Origin: Macrostomum lignano
Lineage: Eukaryota
Direction: 5' to 3'
Assembly (NCBI GenBank): GCA_002269645.1
Contig: NIVC01001153.1
Location: 1-64,000, forward strand
DNA length: 64,000 nucleotides
A program made the position numbers and the translations under genes. The notes under the pieces are model-generated. The model saw only the letters and a list, made by a program, of their open reading frames with translations, was not told the DNA's origin and made no database searches. Shown here piece by piece: positions 60,596 to 64,000 of the stretch; position 1 is the first letter of the stretch; every line of letters starts with the position of its first letter.

Positions 60596-62941
60596 ATGGC
60601 TCCGCGGCAGATCCAAATGGAGAATATGCTGGCCCACCTGGTCAGGAAGTCGCAAGGCAACATTTCGGCCCGGAACTGCAGTCTGGCAAGTTTTGCTCCG
60701 ACTCACGATCATCTGCGGATAATTTACAAATATTTGAAATGCGTGAACGACACCTACAATATGCGAATGATCGAAGCAAAATACGAGGAACTTAAAAAGG
60801 ATAACAATGCATCCTATCCACTACTGATGGCCATGTCGTGTGTTCAAGTAGTGTTGATTGTATTCGGCGGTTTCGGCAACATTCTGCTGTTGGCCGCAGT
60901 AAGGAGGTGTCGCCATCTGCAGCGGGACAGGATCTACTTTGTGGTGAATTTGGCCATATTCGATGTCATCTTATGCCTGTTCACGCAACCGTTTGGTATT
61001 GCTCGCCTGATGCAGCGCTACGGAGGCTGGAGTCTGGGCGCGTGGGCCTGCAAACTGGTCAACTGCATCACGGGGATTAACATGTTCGGTTCGAGCTTCT
61101 CAATTGCGGCGATTGCGCTGGATCGGATGAGGGTTAGCGAATCTGGTTTGGTGTTGTAGCTCATTGTCTTCGCTTTGGGTGTTGGTCCTGGATCGGTCTT
61201 GCAACTCAAAGGCCCTTGAAAGTTTTGGTTTCGCAACTCAAGGTCCTTGGAGGGTTGATCTTGCAACCGAAGGTCTCTGAGAGATTGATCTTGCAACCGA
61301 AGGTCTCTGAGAGATTGATCTTGCAACCGAAGGTCTCTGAGAGATTGATCTTGCAACCGAAGGTCTCTGAGAGATTGATCTTGCAACCGAAGGTCTCTGA
61401 GAGATTGATCTTGCAATTGAAGCTCTCTGAGAGATTGATCTTGCAACCGAAGGTCTCTGAGAGATTGATCTTGCAACCGAAGCTCTCTGAGAGATTGATC
61501 TTGCAATTGAAGCTCTCTGAGAGATTGATCTTGCAACCGAAGGTCTCTGAGAGATTGATCTTGCAACCGAAGGTCTCTGAGAGATTGATCTTGCAACCGA
61601 AGGTCTCTGAGAGATTGATCTTGCAACCGAAGGTCTCTGAGAGATTGATCTTGCAACCGAAGGTCTCTGAGAGATTGATCTTGCAATTGAAGCTCTCTGA
61701 GAGATTGATGTTGCAATTCAAGATTTCTGGGAGATTGATCTTGCAATTGAAGCTCTCTGGGGATATTAGGTCTTAAGACCTAATGTTACCTTTAACCTCT
61801 GATATTGTATACACGTGTCTTAAGTTATTAACCGTTTGATTTTTAATAAGGTTTCTAATCATAGACTTTTCAATCGAGTATGGTCATATGGGCTCAATAG
61901 TTTCCAGAGTATGCCACTGTCCAAGCCAGAAGGAATCTCGACTGGTATAAACATTGCCTCAACTTTCACCTCCAGTGCGTTCTGTTTCCAACTCGACCGC
62001 CGCTATCCAGCCGCTGTCTCGCGCTGCTCCTGCTGGCCATCTGGCTGACCTCGCTGCTGCTATCGTGTCCTCTGCTAGCATTCGCCAACGCCGTCCCAGA
62101 TCCCATGGCCCTGGAGAGAAACGGTCAAACTCTGTACTTTTGTAGCGAAGGCTTCGATACTTATCACTCGGCGAAACTATTCTACAGCTGCGTCACCCTG
62201 CTGCTGCAGTTCCTGCTGCCGTTGATCTGCATTGCCGGCTCCAATGTTGCCATTCACTGCCGGCTGCAGCAGCGGATGCGGAAGCGCCGCCGCCACCTGT
62301 CGCAGAATCAGTTCAGGAGCCGGCGTCGCTTCCGCGTCAGCCTGATGCTCGGCGTTATCGCCGCCGGCTTCGCCCTGGCCTGGCTACCGTTGACCGTTTC
62401 AAATGCTGTGCACGACTACAGCAACTGGCGTCAGTGGTTGCTATGGCAACAGAACAGATCTTCCAGTGATGAAGTATCGAAATCGCAGCAGCAGCAGCAG
62501 CAGCCGCTGCTCGGTGATCGAAATGCCGAGTTGCACAGCCTCTGCCTGACAGTCATCCTGGTCTCGCCCTGCATCAATGCCACTGTCTATGGCTTTTTCA
62601 ATGACAAGCTCAAGGAGCAGTACAGGAATATTCTAAGGGAACTTCTTCACAAGTTCACCAACGTCTGGCGTCGATTCAGAAGTCTTTGCAATCCAGTTTG
62701 TCATCTGCATCAGGATGCGGCCATCGAGAGCCCGTTGCGGTCAGCATCCACTGAATCTGTGAAGGATGAAGGAGTAAACGAAGTCGCCGTGCGGTCTTGC
62801 AGCTGTGGGAGCTGCAAAATCGAGGAGCTCGTGCTGTACAATGCCGTAGCCGAGGCGCTGCTACCGATGGCGTCGCCGGAGGCGTCGACTCAGCAGCAAT
62901 TGTCGACAGGTCGATTTGACTCTCAAGTTGTAGTCGAGTAA
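60596..62941 (+). CDS. Class A GPCR, neuropeptide (NPY/NPF-like) receptor type; exons 60596-61132, 61976-62941 (500 aa)
   Basis: TM1 GN, TM2 NLAIFD, WSLGAWACK, TM3 IALDRM, TM4 W...P, TM5 QFLLPL, TM6 AWLPL, TM7 NATVYGFFN. AGG|GT and tccag|TGC junctions are in frame. Confidence 0.85.
61255..61762. repeat. 30-bp minisatellite in the GPCR intron, ~17 copies
   Basis: Unit TTGATCTTGCAACCGAAGGTCTCTGAGAGA. Confidence 0.95.
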
Positions 62942-63029
62942 AACTGCTTTAATTTGCCACTCTTCAGTTTTCCTGATCCCAGTTCAAACATTCAGATTCT
63001 CACACTCGGTTACTATTCTCCAAGATCCT

Positions 63030-63630
63030 TGCACCCTCAGTTGCTGGACCAGCCTCCCAAATCATCAGTTGCTGAGCCAGCCTCCCAGATCCTTAGTTGC
63101 TGAGCCAGCCTCCCAGATCCTCAGTTGCTGTGCCACAAGCCTCCCAGATCCTCAGTTGCTTGACCAGCCTCCCAGATCCTCAGTTGCTAGACCAGCCTCC
63201 CAGATCCTCAGTTGCTGAGCCAGCCTCCAAGATCCTCAGTTGCTGGGCCACCAGCCTCCCAGATCCTCAGTTGCTAGGCCAGCCTCCCAGATCCTCAGTT
63301 GCTGGGCCACCAGCCTCCCAGATCCTCAGTTGCTGGGCCAGTCTCCCAGATCCCCAGTTGTTGGGCCAGCCTCCCAGATCCTCAGTTGCTGGACTGGGCC
63401 AGCCTCCCAGATCCCCAGTTACTGGGCCAGCCTCACAGATCCTCAGTTGCTTGACCAGCCTCCCAGATCCTCAGTTGCTAGGCCAGCCTCCCAGATCCCC
63501 AGTTGCTGGGCCAGCCTCCCAGATCCCCAGTTGCTGGGCCAGCCTCCCAGATCCCCAGTTGCTGGGCCAGCCTCCCAGATCCCCAGTTGCTGGGCCAGCC
63601 TCCAAGATCCCCAGTTGCTGGGCCTCTCAG
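63030..63630. repeat. Second array of the CCAGCCTCCCAGATCCTCAGTTGCTG family
   Basis: Same unit and orientation as 57040-58010. Confidence 0.93.
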
Positions 63631-64000
63631 ATATACAAATCACTGAAACAACAAACTGTTCATTAAGAGAGAAGATCATCCAAACAGCAGAAAACTTTTA
63701 GCATCTGTACACAGCATGCATTGCCGTTGTGGGGTTTGTTTTGGAATGATATATACTATTTTGTAACTGTGTTACAAAAATATTGGATCTATGCGCCTAA
63801 ACTGATATAGTACATACTCGAGTCCCTTCTTATTAATACAATATTACACACATTATTCATTTTATTCATTTTCTCCAAACCACTGCAAGTTCTTAGTTAA
63901 AAAATCTAACTACGCTACTTGTATTTGTGAACGCAGTAGTGTGTTGTGACAATCAGCTACAGTTATACTTTTTTTCTATACAAACGTAAGCTTGTTGTGA

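Noticed and set aside
56707-64000. Treating 56706 as the true outer end of the palindrome
   Set aside because: The match stops only because the window starts at base 1. The real boundary cannot be seen.

Overview
Eukaryotic (metazoan) genomic DNA with GT-AG introns, GC-rich exons and minisatellite-stuffed introns. A free-living flatworm-like source is only my guess. Most of the window is one giant inverted duplication: 1..24761 is mirrored at 28704..56706 around a unique spacer (24762..28320) and a 383-N gap (28321..28703). Each arm carries intact BUD23, RNF34/RFFL-like, RPP30 and RBMX2 genes plus a 2.8-kb mini-Polinton/Maverick (AGTAGT termini, ~280-bp TIRs, 6-bp TSD GCTGCC) whose only recognisable gene is an adenain-type protease. 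The spacer holds the 3' four exons of a RIG-I-like receptor whose 5' half is missing at the gap. The arms range from indel-free over 4.7 kb to roughly 5-10% diverged, with arm-specific MITEs, a 1.2-kb insertion bearing an inverted pair of hammerhead-like motifs, and different VNTR copy numbers. They are therefore either a real old palindrome or two haplotypes scaffolded head-to-head, and the sequence alone cannot decide. Beyond 56706 lie a 64-bp MITE, more minisatellites and a two-exon neuropeptide-receptor-like GPCR. Exon structures were read by hand from splice sites and frame; gene names come from motif recognition, not database searches.
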